From: Nitrosopumilaceae archaeon
GTDB lineage: Archaea; Thermoproteota; Nitrososphaeria; Nitrososphaerales; Nitrosopumilaceae
Reading direction: 5' to 3'
Assembly: GCA_965209085.1 (NCBI GenBank)
Contig: OZ242376.1
Coordinates: 1,536,001-1,600,000, forward strand
Length of the DNA stretch: 64,000 nucleotides
A program made the position numbers and the translations under genes. The notes under the pieces were generated by a model. That model did not search any database. It worked only from the letters and a program-made list of their open reading frames with translations, and was not told where the DNA came from. Numbering within the stretch: the stretch's first letter is position 1; every line of letters starts with the position of its first letter. Below, one piece after another: positions 29,834 to 38,935 of this stretch.

Positions 29834-29913
29834 TAGAGCGTATGCATAATGGGTCAAATTCACAATTTTTACGAATAAAAATGATCGATTTGAATGATTA
29901 TGCATACGGTCTA
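29834..29913. mobile_element. 80-bp MITE with 17-bp TIRs related to the IS at 30026-31399
   Basis: TAGAGCGTATGCATAAT ... ATTATGCATACGGTCTA (16 of 17 positions pair); non-coding interior. Confidence 0.85.
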
Positions 29914-30025
29914 CTGACACGCAAAAGTAACTACAATTTATGACTCTAGGCACAATGTAACCGCATGATATTTGGATCACCTCGTATATGAATCAATCAT
30001 GAACAAAACATCAGGAACTGTACAA

Positions 30026-31399
30026 TAGAGTTCATGCATAATCAACTGCAAAGACATACGGTTCCTACTATGACACTGTCATGATCAAAGTACGCATGGC
30101 CTAAAACCTTCAAGCAGACAACAAAATAAATCAAAATGTCACATGCATGACAAAAAGCAGAATATTATGCGTGATCGTGTGCACAAAAATGTGCTACTTG
30201 ATTTGAGGGCAAATTTTTTCCAACGGTTCGATATACTTGCGATCCTTTAACATGATGTGCAGATTGGTCAGTCCTATAACCACTTAGATTTCTGTATAAA
30301 ACGCATCCATTGTATCATCATATACGGCACTCATTCTACGGAACCATTTGAGCCGGTTTATGGCATGCTCTATTTTTATGCGCTTACGACTGATCCTCTT
30401 GCTATATTCGCGTTCTGTCTCTGTCAATCCCCTACCCTTTGGTTTTTTGTACGGCTGCTTTGAGATAATTCCAGGATAGTCTTTTTCCACGGACAAGTAT
30501 CCCTTGTCGGTGTAGAGTGTAATTTGGTGCTCTTTTTTTGTATCAGAGTTTTTCATGCCATCAGTCCATTTGCCAAAATTTGGCAGATTGCGCCGCAGTA
30601 CCTCCATGTCATGTACTGAGCCCTCTTCTGGTCCACCAATATCATTTACTACTCCATCTTTGTTTGAGGTTATCTGTACGTTGTAGACGTGTCTCTTGTG
30701 CTTTCCAGAGTATACTGCCTCTTGATTCTCCTGCGGTCTTTGAACCTGTACAAACGTGGCATCAAGATACAGCTCGCCGCCGCCTCTGCCGGGTACGAAT
30801 TTTTTAAACAACTCGATTGCACGTATTGTCCGTATTGCAGCACCAATATTCTTAGCCGTTGGAAGAATATCCATCAATAGTTCATCAGAAAATGTCAGAT
30901 ATCTGCTAATGGTGCTCTGATCAACGTCTGCAATGAACGCAAGTGCTCCCTGTTTGAGATTATTGCGTTTGCGGCACTGATAAACAAAACTTGCTTTACG
31001 GTAAGGATACAGGTGTTTCCAGGATCGTCCACATATTCTGAAAAGCGGAGAGTCTCTGATGAATTTTCTACGGTTTTTTTGAACCGTTCTAGAATCCATT
31101 CAAACTCTTCACGGTCCATTCCTGTCATTTCATATAGATGAACATCATTCCCAATTCCCTTGTTCAAATATTTGTCGACATGCTGTCTTTTGTCATCATT
31201 GCTACTCTGTGCCATCTTTTTGTAGTGTTGAATTTCTGATTCCTGCCTGGAACTATTCTTTTCCATCTTTAGGATCGTCTTTTCCAGTTTAGAGATCATG
31301 CGTTTGTCTGATTTGCACATGCTATGCTCACGTGATACTAGATCATAGATCTTTCGATTTGCCAAAATTGATTTTTTGGTTAATTATGCATGAGGTCTA
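30026..31399 (-). mobile_element. IS5-family (ISL2/Harbinger-like DDE) insertion sequence
   Basis: TIRs TAGAGTTCATGCATAAT (30026) and ATTATGCATGAGGTCTA (ending 31399). Confidence 0.88.
30194..31365 (-). pseudogene. IS5/ISL2-type transposase pseudogene (frameshift near 30975, premature stop at 30284)
   Basis: 'QSTISR' HTH, 'LDATF', 'YSGKHK', 'GSVHD', 'TDKGY', 'RIKIEHAINRLK'; frame continues after the stop as 'VVIGLTNLHIML'. Confidence 0.88.
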
Positions 31400-31692
31400 A
31401 TGACACAATGGATGCGTTTTATACAGAAATCTAAGTGGTTACAGGACTGACTAATCTGCACATCATGTTAAAGGATCGCAAGTATATCGAACCGTTGGAA
31501 AAAATTTGCCCTCAAATCAAGTAGCACATTTTTGTGCACACGATCACGCATAATATTCTGCTTTTTGTCATGCATATGATATTTTGATTTATTTTGTTGT
31601 CTGCTTGAAGGTTTTAGGCCATGCGTACTTTGATCATGACAGTGTCATAGTAGGAACCGTATGTTTTAGTGATTGATTATGCATGAGGTTTA
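31400..31692 (+). repeat. Inverted, near-identical copy of 30026-30318 (3' end plus TIR of the same IS)
   Basis: Direct reverse-complement comparison; ends in TIR variant ATTATGCATGAGGTTTA. Confidence 0.93.
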
Positions 31693-31795
31693 TTATATAT
31701 GTTGAGCATTTTCTTCAATTATTGATGAATAATGGTTGTGGGAATTAAATTTATAATTATTAAAAATTATATATGATTGAAATGTTTGAGGTTAT

Positions 31796-32923
31796 ATGTT
31801 GAAGTATAAAATAGGATTTTGGATTCTAGTTGTTGTTTTAGTTATTTGTTGTATCATTGCATACCATTTGTTTGAGGACAGATTTATACTACGTTTGCTT
31901 GGAATATTGGATTCAAGAGACGTTAATATTGTCGACAAATTGCCATATAAATATTATAAAGATGCGAAAACTCTAACTTACTCTTACGATAAACATGTAC
32001 AAAGTATTGATGATTTTGAAAAATGGAAAAACCTTGCAATTTCAAAATATTCGCCAAGCTTTGTCGACCGGGCTAATTATGATGACATAGTTCCAGAATT
32101 GATTTTAACTAAAGACAAAGATGGGTACACTATAGAAAAATATTCAATTCCTTCTTCTGGAGAAAATGATGGTTTATTTTACAAGCTTGTACCTGATGTA
32201 AAATCTGACAAAGCACTACTTGTTCTCTCAGGAACTGGCGATCAAGGATTTAATGACGTAATAGGAGAGCCATCTAAATGGAGTTGGCATTACTATCAAA
32301 GTGAGATTGGGAAAAAACTCGTTCTAGAAGGATATACAATCTATGCCCCTGAATGGTATGGTGCAGGAGAGCGTGGAGTCAAATTCAAATATTGTACATA
32401 CATAAAACCTCTTGACTGCAATAACCACTTGTTCGTCAAAATGTTAAATCATTATAACATAAGCGTGATTAATATTAGAATAGACGATCTCTACAGAATA
32501 ACATCGATCATTAATTCCGAATTTGATCGAGTTGGCGCTGTTGGCCTATCTCTTGGAGGAACAACTGCAATTCAAACCAGCATTCTCAATCCTGACGTAT
32601 ATGATGTCGTAGCAAGCGCAAGTGGCGAGCTCAATATACATGATCATTACGCTTATCTCCAATATGAAAATGCTCACAGTTTGGTATATTCTGATTTTGG
32701 AGATGACGCGATATTAATTGCGCCTAGGCCATTTTATTTATCATTTGGTATACTTCAACCCTCTATAGGGGCATATGACACAGAAATAAATTCGATTTTT
32801 AATTACATCCGAGAAGCCTATAAACTGCATGGATACGAAGAGAACTTTGTCTCCATAATACATAAAGGTGGACATGAGTATGACGTAAAATCCCTTGTTA
32901 AATTCCTAAATGATTATCTCTAG
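31796..32923 (+). CDS. Membrane-anchored or secreted alpha/beta hydrolase (dienelactone hydrolase/esterase-like)
   Basis: N-terminal hydrophobic helix, 'YGAGER', nucleophile elbow GLSLGG, 'LIAPRP', C-terminal 'GGHEY'. Confidence 0.8.
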   Translation: MLKYKIGFWILVVVLVICCIIAYHLFEDRFILRLLGILDSRDVNIVDKLPYKYYKDAKTLTYSYDKHVQSIDDFEKWKNLAISKYSPSFVDRANYDDIVPELILTKDKDGYTIEKYSIPSSGENDGLFYKLVPDVKSDKALLVLSGTGDQGFNDVIGEPSKWSWHYYQSEIGKKLVLEGYTIYAPEWYGAGERGVKFKYCTYIKPLDCNNHLFVKMLNHYNISVINIRIDDLYRITSIINSEFDRVGAVGLSLGGTTAIQTSILNPDVYDVVASASGELNIHDHYAYLQYENAHSLVYSDFGDDAILIAPRPFYLSFGILQPSIGAYDTEINSIFNYIREAYKLHGYEENFVSIIHKGGHEYDVKSLVKFLNDYL

Positions 32924-33055
32924 AAAAATTTTTGAATTTACACATATGCCGATAACTTTACAGGTGTAATGAACGAAAAATGCAAACAGGCCACGAAAGA
33001 TACAATGTATGCAACAATATCCATGTGCCTCTTTTTTAAGTATTCCTTGTATTTT

Positions 33056-34376
33056 TACGCAGTTGCATAACTTTTGATCGGACATCTTAGAATACGTGTT
33101 TTATACATGCAAAATGTAGCATAAACACACGTAAAAGTTCGTGAGATGAAAACCACCTCCATACAATAATATGGTAATGATAAAACACGCACGAATTTTT
33201 GATCGTCGCCATATTTGATAGAATTTCCCCATCGGATTCAATCAAAGCTTGTGCAGACGCTAAGCGATATTGCAGAATGTGTTGTATGCTGACACTTTTA
33301 TTCGAATCTCTTGGACAATATTGTCCCATTTCTTAGAGTATACAGAATTGCCAAAGATTTTCTTAAACGCTGAAAAGACTACCTCCGATATCCATCTCTG
33401 TCCATAATGCACACGTTTTTTCCGCTCGGTCCTGTTGTGTATCATCTTGTCTTTGCATATGTGCATTATACGTTGGCGATCTTTTCTCCCACCAAGCTTA
33501 TCCCGTACTGTTGAATTGCGTGCAAATCCTCCAGCCTTTAACCCAGAGTTTATGCAAACTTTGATTCTTGCATCAACTCCCAGCCTGTGACAATAATTAA
33601 AATTCCCCTTTGAATCATAACCTCCATCTCCATACAGCACAGATCGTTTCCCAAGAACATCTTTTACATCCTCTAGCAGACAGGATAGCTGTTGTCCATC
33701 ACCTTTTCTATCGGTTGTAACTCTAAAGGCGAGTATTTTTCTAGTTTTGATTTCTACAAGAAAGTGTATCTTGATAAATCCGCGCCGCACGTTCCATTTT
33801 TCACGTATCCATTCGCCACGATCGTTTAGCTGCAGGCCGCTACTGTCAACTGTCAGCATGGTGCAATCGTTGTCGGTTCTGTACGCATGCTCATCATAAT
33901 TCAACGTTACATCAAGTGCATTTATCCTCATGCATATGGTGGTGTGATCTGGTGCATCATCTAGAATACCGCGTGCTATTCCCTCGCATACCCTGTAAGA
34001 GATGCCTGTACATGATTTGATTAATGCGAGCGTTTCAAACATACTGTCTGCATACTTGAAACGTCTGCCGTTTTTGTTCTTGTTTTTTGCCATGATTTGG
34101 ATCCTCCAGACTCGGGATTTTTTAAAATTCAAAAATTTACCGCGTGCGATGTATCTGTAATCACTCATGCAGACAACATCTCACGGTAATGCCACCTGTC
34201 TGTATATGGTGCGGTGAAGACATACGACAGAAATATTAACTGACATGATGTACTCAATACGGATCATCTCTGGTGGGTTTTGTTTTCATCGATAATCCCT
34301 ATATCTAGGGGTGATCTATTTGTTTAGATGAGATTATTGTCATATGTGCAGTTTAGGCAGGTTATGCAACTGCGTA
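33056..34376 (-). mobile_element. IS5-family insertion sequence, apparently intact
   Basis: Perfect 16-bp inverted ends TACGCAGTTGCATAAC / GTTATGCAACTGCGTA (the outer TA may be the target duplication). Confidence 0.93.
33260..34168 (-). CDS. IS5-family DDE transposase
   Basis: 'PDHTTI', 'VDSSG', 'GFIKIHF', 'GDGGYDS', 'YGQRWISEVVFSAFK'. Confidence 0.93.
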   Translation of the reverse strand: MSDYRYIARGKFLNFKKSRVWRIQIMAKNKNKNGRRFKYADSMFETLALIKSCTGISYRVCEGIARGILDDAPDHTTICMRINALDVTLNYDEHAYRTDNDCTMLTVDSSGLQLNDRGEWIREKWNVRRGFIKIHFLVEIKTRKILAFRVTTDRKGDGQQLSCLLEDVKDVLGKRSVLYGDGGYDSKGNFNYCHRLGVDARIKVCINSGLKAGGFARNSTVRDKLGGRKDRQRIMHICKDKMIHNRTERKKRVHYGQRWISEVVFSAFKKIFGNSVYSKKWDNIVQEIRIKVSAYNTFCNIA

Positions 34377-34614
34377 CATCCTATACGAAAGCAAGTAAAC
34401 CAGCTATGTTTGACAGTTTAAAGCTCGTGTTCTGTACAAAACACAAATCCAATGCAGATCAGAACAATGCTAAAAACACTTGAAAAACTCAGGCCGGTAA
34501 AATACTTCCAACCAATGCATGTCCGATTCAGAACGTGAAGAACTGATGGTTACTACAGGTTGAAAGTTTGCAGGTATGCTACCAAACGGCAAAGTCATGT
34601 TTGGGAAAACATAA
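34377..34614 (+). pseudogene. Probable relic of an archaeal tyrosine integrase C-terminus
   Basis: Fragments 'SYTKASKPAMFDSLK' and 'EREELMVTTG*KFAGMLPNGKVMFGKT' recall archaeal integrase tails; lies next to the tRNA 3' end. Confidence 0.35.
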
Positions 34615-34648
34615 TGCAAATATGCGGCAACCTGAACCTTAGAGAGAG

Positions 34649-34722
34649 CGGGTCTAGAGGGATTCGAACCCTCGACAGCCGGATTAAGAGTCCGGTGCTC
34701 TACCTGGCTGAGCCATAGACCC
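34649..34722 (-). tRNA. tRNA-Lys(CTT)
   Basis: Reverse complement GGGTCTATGGCTCAGCCAGGTAGAGCACCGGACTCTTAATCCGGCTGTCGAGGGTTCGAATCCCTCTAGACCCG folds as a cloverleaf. Confidence 0.97.
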
Positions 34723-34756
34723 GTGAAAATAAATATTGGTTTATAGAGTATAAGTT

Positions 34757-35353
34757 TTAAGTTGTGGTTGGAATCTGCTCGTATTTTTCCAAAATTGCCG
34801 TTAGAACCGTTGATACTGGAACATCGTTCATTTTTTTCTTTTCTGCAAGCAGTTTTTGGTACGCGTCTAGTGTAATGTATACTGGAACAGAGCCGTTTCC
34901 TTCCAAAAGACCGCGCACTTTGAAGAGTGCCGTCTCCATGCCGCGTTCTGCGGATTTTGCAAATTTTGCCTTACCCAAAATTGAACCTAACGGACCAAAT
35001 GGCATTACATAATCTACACTCATGGTCACGCGGGTTAATCGCTCGCCAAGAGGCTCAAACGTGTTTACAATTTCCCATTTTTTAAATGGACCATCAGTCT
35101 GGACTGCAGAGATCTTTTTTTCACGGACAAACTCGGTGGTTTCACAGTCCCATTCAAGTCTCTTTCCTCCAAAATCACCTATAATTCTAAAAGTAGTTCC
35201 AACACCCATGCCTTCCTTTATGTCCATTGGGATTACCGTCATTCCAATCCCCTTGTCGCTCATTTGATCTGAGACATGCTCGGGGCGGGCAAAATATGTA
35301 AAGACTGTATCTACTGGAGCCTTGATCTCTATGGATCTAGAAACTTTACTCAT
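34757..35353 (-). CDS. SRPBCC/polyketide cyclase-fold protein with a short C-terminal extension
   Basis: 'SIEIKAPVDTVF', 'GVGTTF', 'QTDGPFKKW', 'PFGPLG'. Confidence 0.85.
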   Translation of the reverse strand: MSKVSRSIEIKAPVDTVFTYFARPEHVSDQMSDKGIGMTVIPMDIKEGMGVGTTFRIIGDFGGKRLEWDCETTEFVREKKISAVQTDGPFKKWEIVNTFEPLGERLTRVTMSVDYVMPFGPLGSILGKAKFAKSAERGMETALFKVRGLLEGNGSVPVYITLDAYQKLLAEKKKMNDVPVSTVLTAILEKYEQIPTTT

Positions 35354-35499
35354 GTATTCATGCGTCATCTTGTATGATGATTTAAAGGTTTTGAGAAATA
35401 TTACAAAATATTTTGGCGTGTGACAATTATAATGAAAAATCATTCGGCTTTATAAAAAATCTCAAAACTGTTAATAGTGAAGTTTGAAGGTAATTGATC

Positions 35500-35574
35500 G
35501 GGCCCATAGCTCAGCATGGATAGAGTGTTGGACTTCTAATCCAATGGTCAAGGGATCGAAGCCCTTTGGGCCCG
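35500..35574 (+). tRNA. tRNA-Arg(TCT)
   Basis: GGGCCCA acceptor stem; anticodon arm TTGGA-CTTCTAA-TCCAA. Confidence 0.96.
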
Positions 35575-35583
35575 CTCTAAAAT

Positions 35584-36396
35584 CTAATAGCCGCGCTTAC
35601 GCAACCAAGTTGTAACAATCTCTGTTGCAAGCTCTGCCGGTTCCATGTCTTTGTGTTCGGCCTGTATTTTTAATCCCTTTGCGCGTCTTTTTGTCAGCTC
35701 GAATCTGATTTTTTTCTGCAATGTCAGTTCCTTTGCGCGTTTGAGTGCTTTATTATGCGACATTCTTTTTGTTGTTCCAAGAATCTTTATGTACCGTTTG
35801 CGTAAGGAAGCTCCTTCTATCTTTGAAACTCTCTCTGCAATTTGAATGGATTTTTTAAGATTTGGTGCATATTGATATATTTTTGTGGCCTCATCTCGGG
35901 TTATAATTTTTGGAACCATACTTTTGAGCACTTCTGGAACGCCGGCAAATCCATGATATTTTTTGAACATTATTTTTGATATTCCAAGCGACTGGGCAGC
36001 CTTTGATTTGCCTTTTTTATCGGCAAGGAATTCACATGCCAAGGCCATTTCACGCGTCTCCATATCTTTACGGTGCAAGTTTTCAACCACAGATGCAGCT
36101 TTGGCATCATCTAGTTCATATTTTGTATTTGTGCTAAGAACCAGTGCTGGTATTTTTTTGGCTTTTAGTCTCTTTAAAGCTGCAAACCTGCGCTGACCGG
36201 ACATTAACAGGTATTCTTTTCCTTCTTTTTGCACCATTGGAGGATTTTGCAAACCTTCAGTCTTTATGGAACGGGCAAGTTCAGTAATGCCTTTACGGTC
36301 AAGCTTTCTTGCCTGAGCATCTTTCCATACTTTGACCGACTTTAGTGGAATTTCACGAAGTCTGTATGATATTGCTGGCCTATACCGCTTTGCCAT
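35584..36396 (-). CDS. ParB/Srx N-terminal domain DNA-binding protein
   Basis: 'ELARSIKTEGLQNP', 'SGQRRFAA', 'VENLHRKD', followed by an HTH-like segment. Confidence 0.88.
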   Translation of the reverse strand: MAKRYRPAISYRLREIPLKSVKVWKDAQARKLDRKGITELARSIKTEGLQNPPMVQKEGKEYLLMSGQRRFAALKRLKAKKIPALVLSTNTKYELDDAKAASVVENLHRKDMETREMALACEFLADKKGKSKAAQSLGISKIMFKKYHGFAGVPEVLKSMVPKIITRDEATKIYQYAPNLKKSIQIAERVSKIEGASLRKRYIKILGTTKRMSHNKALKRAKELTLQKKIRFELTKRRAKGLKIQAEHKDMEPAELATEIVTTWLRKRGY

Positions 36397-36569
36397 CGTA
36401 TATGCGCATTAATTCTACGTAATAAGGGTTTTTTACATTTTTTGGTACAAATTTAGTCAAACTTTGTGAATTATAATGGCGGATTTATGATCAAATTTGA
36501 AGTGTATGCCGTACGGGATTAATCCATACGGGATATTTTAGATACAATAAAACATAATTACCAAGATAT

Positions 36570-37082
36570 GTGATCTCATATATGCAAAAAGAAGCTAAAA
36601 TGTTGCTCCTGACCGGCAGTCTGGTCGCCGTAGGTCTTGTTATTTCATTTCTAGGCAACGTGTTTGCAGTGGAAGGTTTGGTACAATTTGAGAGAGAGTT
36701 GAATGCAGAAGAATACACGGTTAAAACAGATCTTTACACGCAAAACGGAAGTATTGGAATTTTTGCCATTATAGCGCGCGATGGATCAGATGAGAACAAT
36801 GTTTCCGTGAACATATACGATCCGTCAGGAGAAGAAATTGCCGCAATGAGCGTAACTGAGAACAGTGGGCAGATTACGTTTGATGTGAAAAAAGATGGAA
36901 GATATGAGGCAGTAATTCAAAATAATCAGGATACGATGATTCCAATAACCATCGCGATGGGCAGTAATTCTGGCTCGATTGCACAGGCGGTGGTCACCAC
37001 AGGTGTTGCAGTGTTGTTAATGGGACTGTTTGGGATGGCGGCGACTGCGTTGTACATTTTTAAATTAAAAAGAAATACCTAG
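36570..37082 (+). CDS. Hypothetical protein with two terminal TM helices and a beta-rich extracellular domain
   Basis: Hydrophobic termini; 'VNIYDPSG...GRYEAVIQN' beta-sandwich pattern. Confidence 0.65.
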   Translation: MISYMQKEAKMLLLTGSLVAVGLVISFLGNVFAVEGLVQFERELNAEEYTVKTDLYTQNGSIGIFAIIARDGSDENNVSVNIYDPSGEEIAAMSVTENSGQITFDVKKDGRYEAVIQNNQDTMIPITIAMGSNSGSIAQAVVTTGVAVLLMGLFGMAATALYIFKLKRNT

Positions 37083-37375
37083 TTTAGATAACTGTCCATC
37101 TCTGTAACTTTGTCCATTACACCGCCATATTGTACGCTAGATTCCACCGCATTTGCAAGTTTTTCAGAGTCTACAGAATACTGTGTTCCGGATTTTATTA
37201 CAAATCCGTTTTTAACAAGTGGTTCAAGCCTCTCTGCTATATCTTTGGGCGTGATTGAGAGATGTTCACATATTTTTGATTCATCTTTTGGACCGTTTTC
37301 CAGTAATTCAAGAATTTCGGAGATTTTTGGATCAAAGAGAATTTCTGAGATATTCATCTCGTTTGAATCAGACAT
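37079..37375 (-). CDS. Small winged-helix (ArsR-like) protein
   Basis: 'LFDPKISEILELLENGPK...RLEPLVKNGFV'. Confidence 0.7.
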   Translation of the reverse strand: MSDSNEMNISEILFDPKISEILELLENGPKDESKICEHLSITPKDIAERLEPLVKNGFVIKSGTQYSVDSEKLANAVESSVQYGGVMDKVTEMDSYLN

Positions 37376-37645
37376 ACATGAATGCAGATATGTTTGTTTA
37401 AAAATTATACGGTGCAGATAATGATGGGATTTCATACAGCCCATGAACAGATCCCATCAGATCGTATGCGTTATGAAATCCCAAATGGAAATTGCGATCT
37501 CATCTGAGCAGATTGAACAGATATTGGCACATTGTTCATTATACGAAGAAATATCCCCGTATTGGCAAATTTGTGCCTGATTGTGTAGATTTCAAGTTTG
37601 AAAACAAGGTTGGTTTTTATCCTAGCTTTAGGACACAAATTACGC

Positions 37646-38242
37646 TTGAGCGCTCAAGAATACAGGCATATTGTACGAATTGTCGGAAATGACATACCCG
37701 GTGAACGAAAGGTTCTGCCAGGTCTGACCCACATTCGGGGTATTGGGTACAATTTTGCCTCAGCTATCCTTACAAAATTACAGATAAATCCAGATTCCAA
37801 TATCGGATATCTGACGGATGCAAATGTTACCGCCATTGAAGGGGTTCTAAATGATCTACCAGCAGCGGGATTTCCCACATGGTTTTTTAACAGAAGAAAA
37901 GATCCAGAATCAGGCATGGATAAGCATTTGTTTACTTCGGATATAGAATTTACCGTAAGAAATGACATTGAACGAGAACGCATATCCGGAAGCTGGCGCG
38001 GATATAGACACATGTTTGGATTAAAAGTTCGCGGACAAAGAACTAGAACGACCGGCAGAAAGGGCGGAGCAGTCGGAGTCGCCAAAGGCGGTAAAATAAT
38101 GCCTACAAAGGGCGGAGCTGGAGCACCACCGGCAGAAGGTACAGTTGATGCTACAAAAGATGCAGCAGCAACAGATGCTAAACCTGCAGCAGGTGATAAA
38201 CCTGCAGCAGATGCCAAACCGGCAAAGGGGAAGAAAGAGTAG
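37646..38242 (+). CDS. rps13: 30S ribosomal protein S13 with an Ala/Lys/Pro-rich tail
   Basis: 'GLTHIRGIG', '[21 protein letters not shown]'; TTG start. Confidence 0.97.
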   Translation: MSAQEYRHIVRIVGNDIPGERKVLPGLTHIRGIGYNFASAILTKLQINPDSNIGYLTDANVTAIEGVLNDLPAAGFPTWFFNRRKDPESGMDKHLFTSDIEFTVRNDIERERISGSWRGYRHMFGLKVRGQRTRTTGRKGGAVGVAKGGKIMPTKGGAGAPPAEGTVDATKDAAATDAKPAAGDKPAADAKPAKGKKE

Positions 38243-38248
38243 ATCATC

Positions 38249-38899
38249 ATGGGAGATCCAAAACTGCCAAGAAGAGTATGGAAAAAACCAAAACGTCCGT
38301 TCAATTATGATTTAAAGATGAGTGAGCTAAAAACTTTGGGTGAGTTTGGGCTAAAAACAAAAAGAGAGCTTTGGAAAGCGCATACGGAGCTTTCACGGTT
38401 GAGAAATCAGGCTCGTTCCATACTTGCACTAGGGCAGGACGTACGTCAGAACAAAGAACCAATTCTGATACGCTCACTTGTAAAGGTCGGACTCGTTCCG
38501 GAAAATTCCACGCTTGATGATGTTTTAAACCTCCAGGTGGTAGACATGCTGTCTAGAAGACTGCAGACGATTGTAATGAAAAATTTAGGATTCAAAACTC
38601 CGTATCAGGCAAGACAGGCAGTAACCCACGGTCACATTATGATTGACGAACGCATAGTTGACATACCATCATACGTGGTAAGAGTTAACGAGGAAAAATC
38701 CATCAAACTTGTTCCAAATTCACCCATGAAAGAGGTGCTTGAAAAGATCAAAAAAGAGGCAAAAGAAAAGCCACCTGAAACTGCTGAAGAATCTGAATCA
38801 TCAGAGCAGTCAGGCTCTATTCCTACAGAATCCAAACCAACGGATGCGGCAAAACCAGATGCGGAGGCTGCAAATGCGGCACCAAAATCCACCCAATAG
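38249..38899 (+). CDS. rps4: 30S ribosomal protein S4
   Basis: 'MGDPK', 'RRLQTIV', 'QARQAVTHGHI', 'DIPSYVV'. Confidence 0.97.
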   Translation: MGDPKLPRRVWKKPKRPFNYDLKMSELKTLGEFGLKTKRELWKAHTELSRLRNQARSILALGQDVRQNKEPILIRSLVKVGLVPENSTLDDVLNLQVVDMLSRRLQTIVMKNLGFKTPYQARQAVTHGHIMIDERIVDIPSYVVRVNEEKSIKLVPNSPMKEVLEKIKKEAKEKPPETAEESESSEQSGSIPTESKPTDAAKPDAEAANAAPKSTQ

Positions 38900-38935
38900 T
38901 ACCGAATCCGCAGGTGCAGATCGAGGCGAGATATT

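Noticed and set aside
29800-30025. att duplication of the tRNA-Lys 3' end at the left island border
   Set aside because: No convincing match to GCGGGTCTAGAGG found by eye
33087-33329. 80-aa ORF in the 3' part of the IS5 element as a passenger gene
   Set aside because: Overlaps the transposase end in another frame and has no motif support
38100-38242. Short repeats (AAACCTGCAGCAG) at the end of rps13 and the low-complexity rps4 tail
   Set aside because: They encode Ala/Lys/Pro-rich protein extensions, not a DNA repeat system
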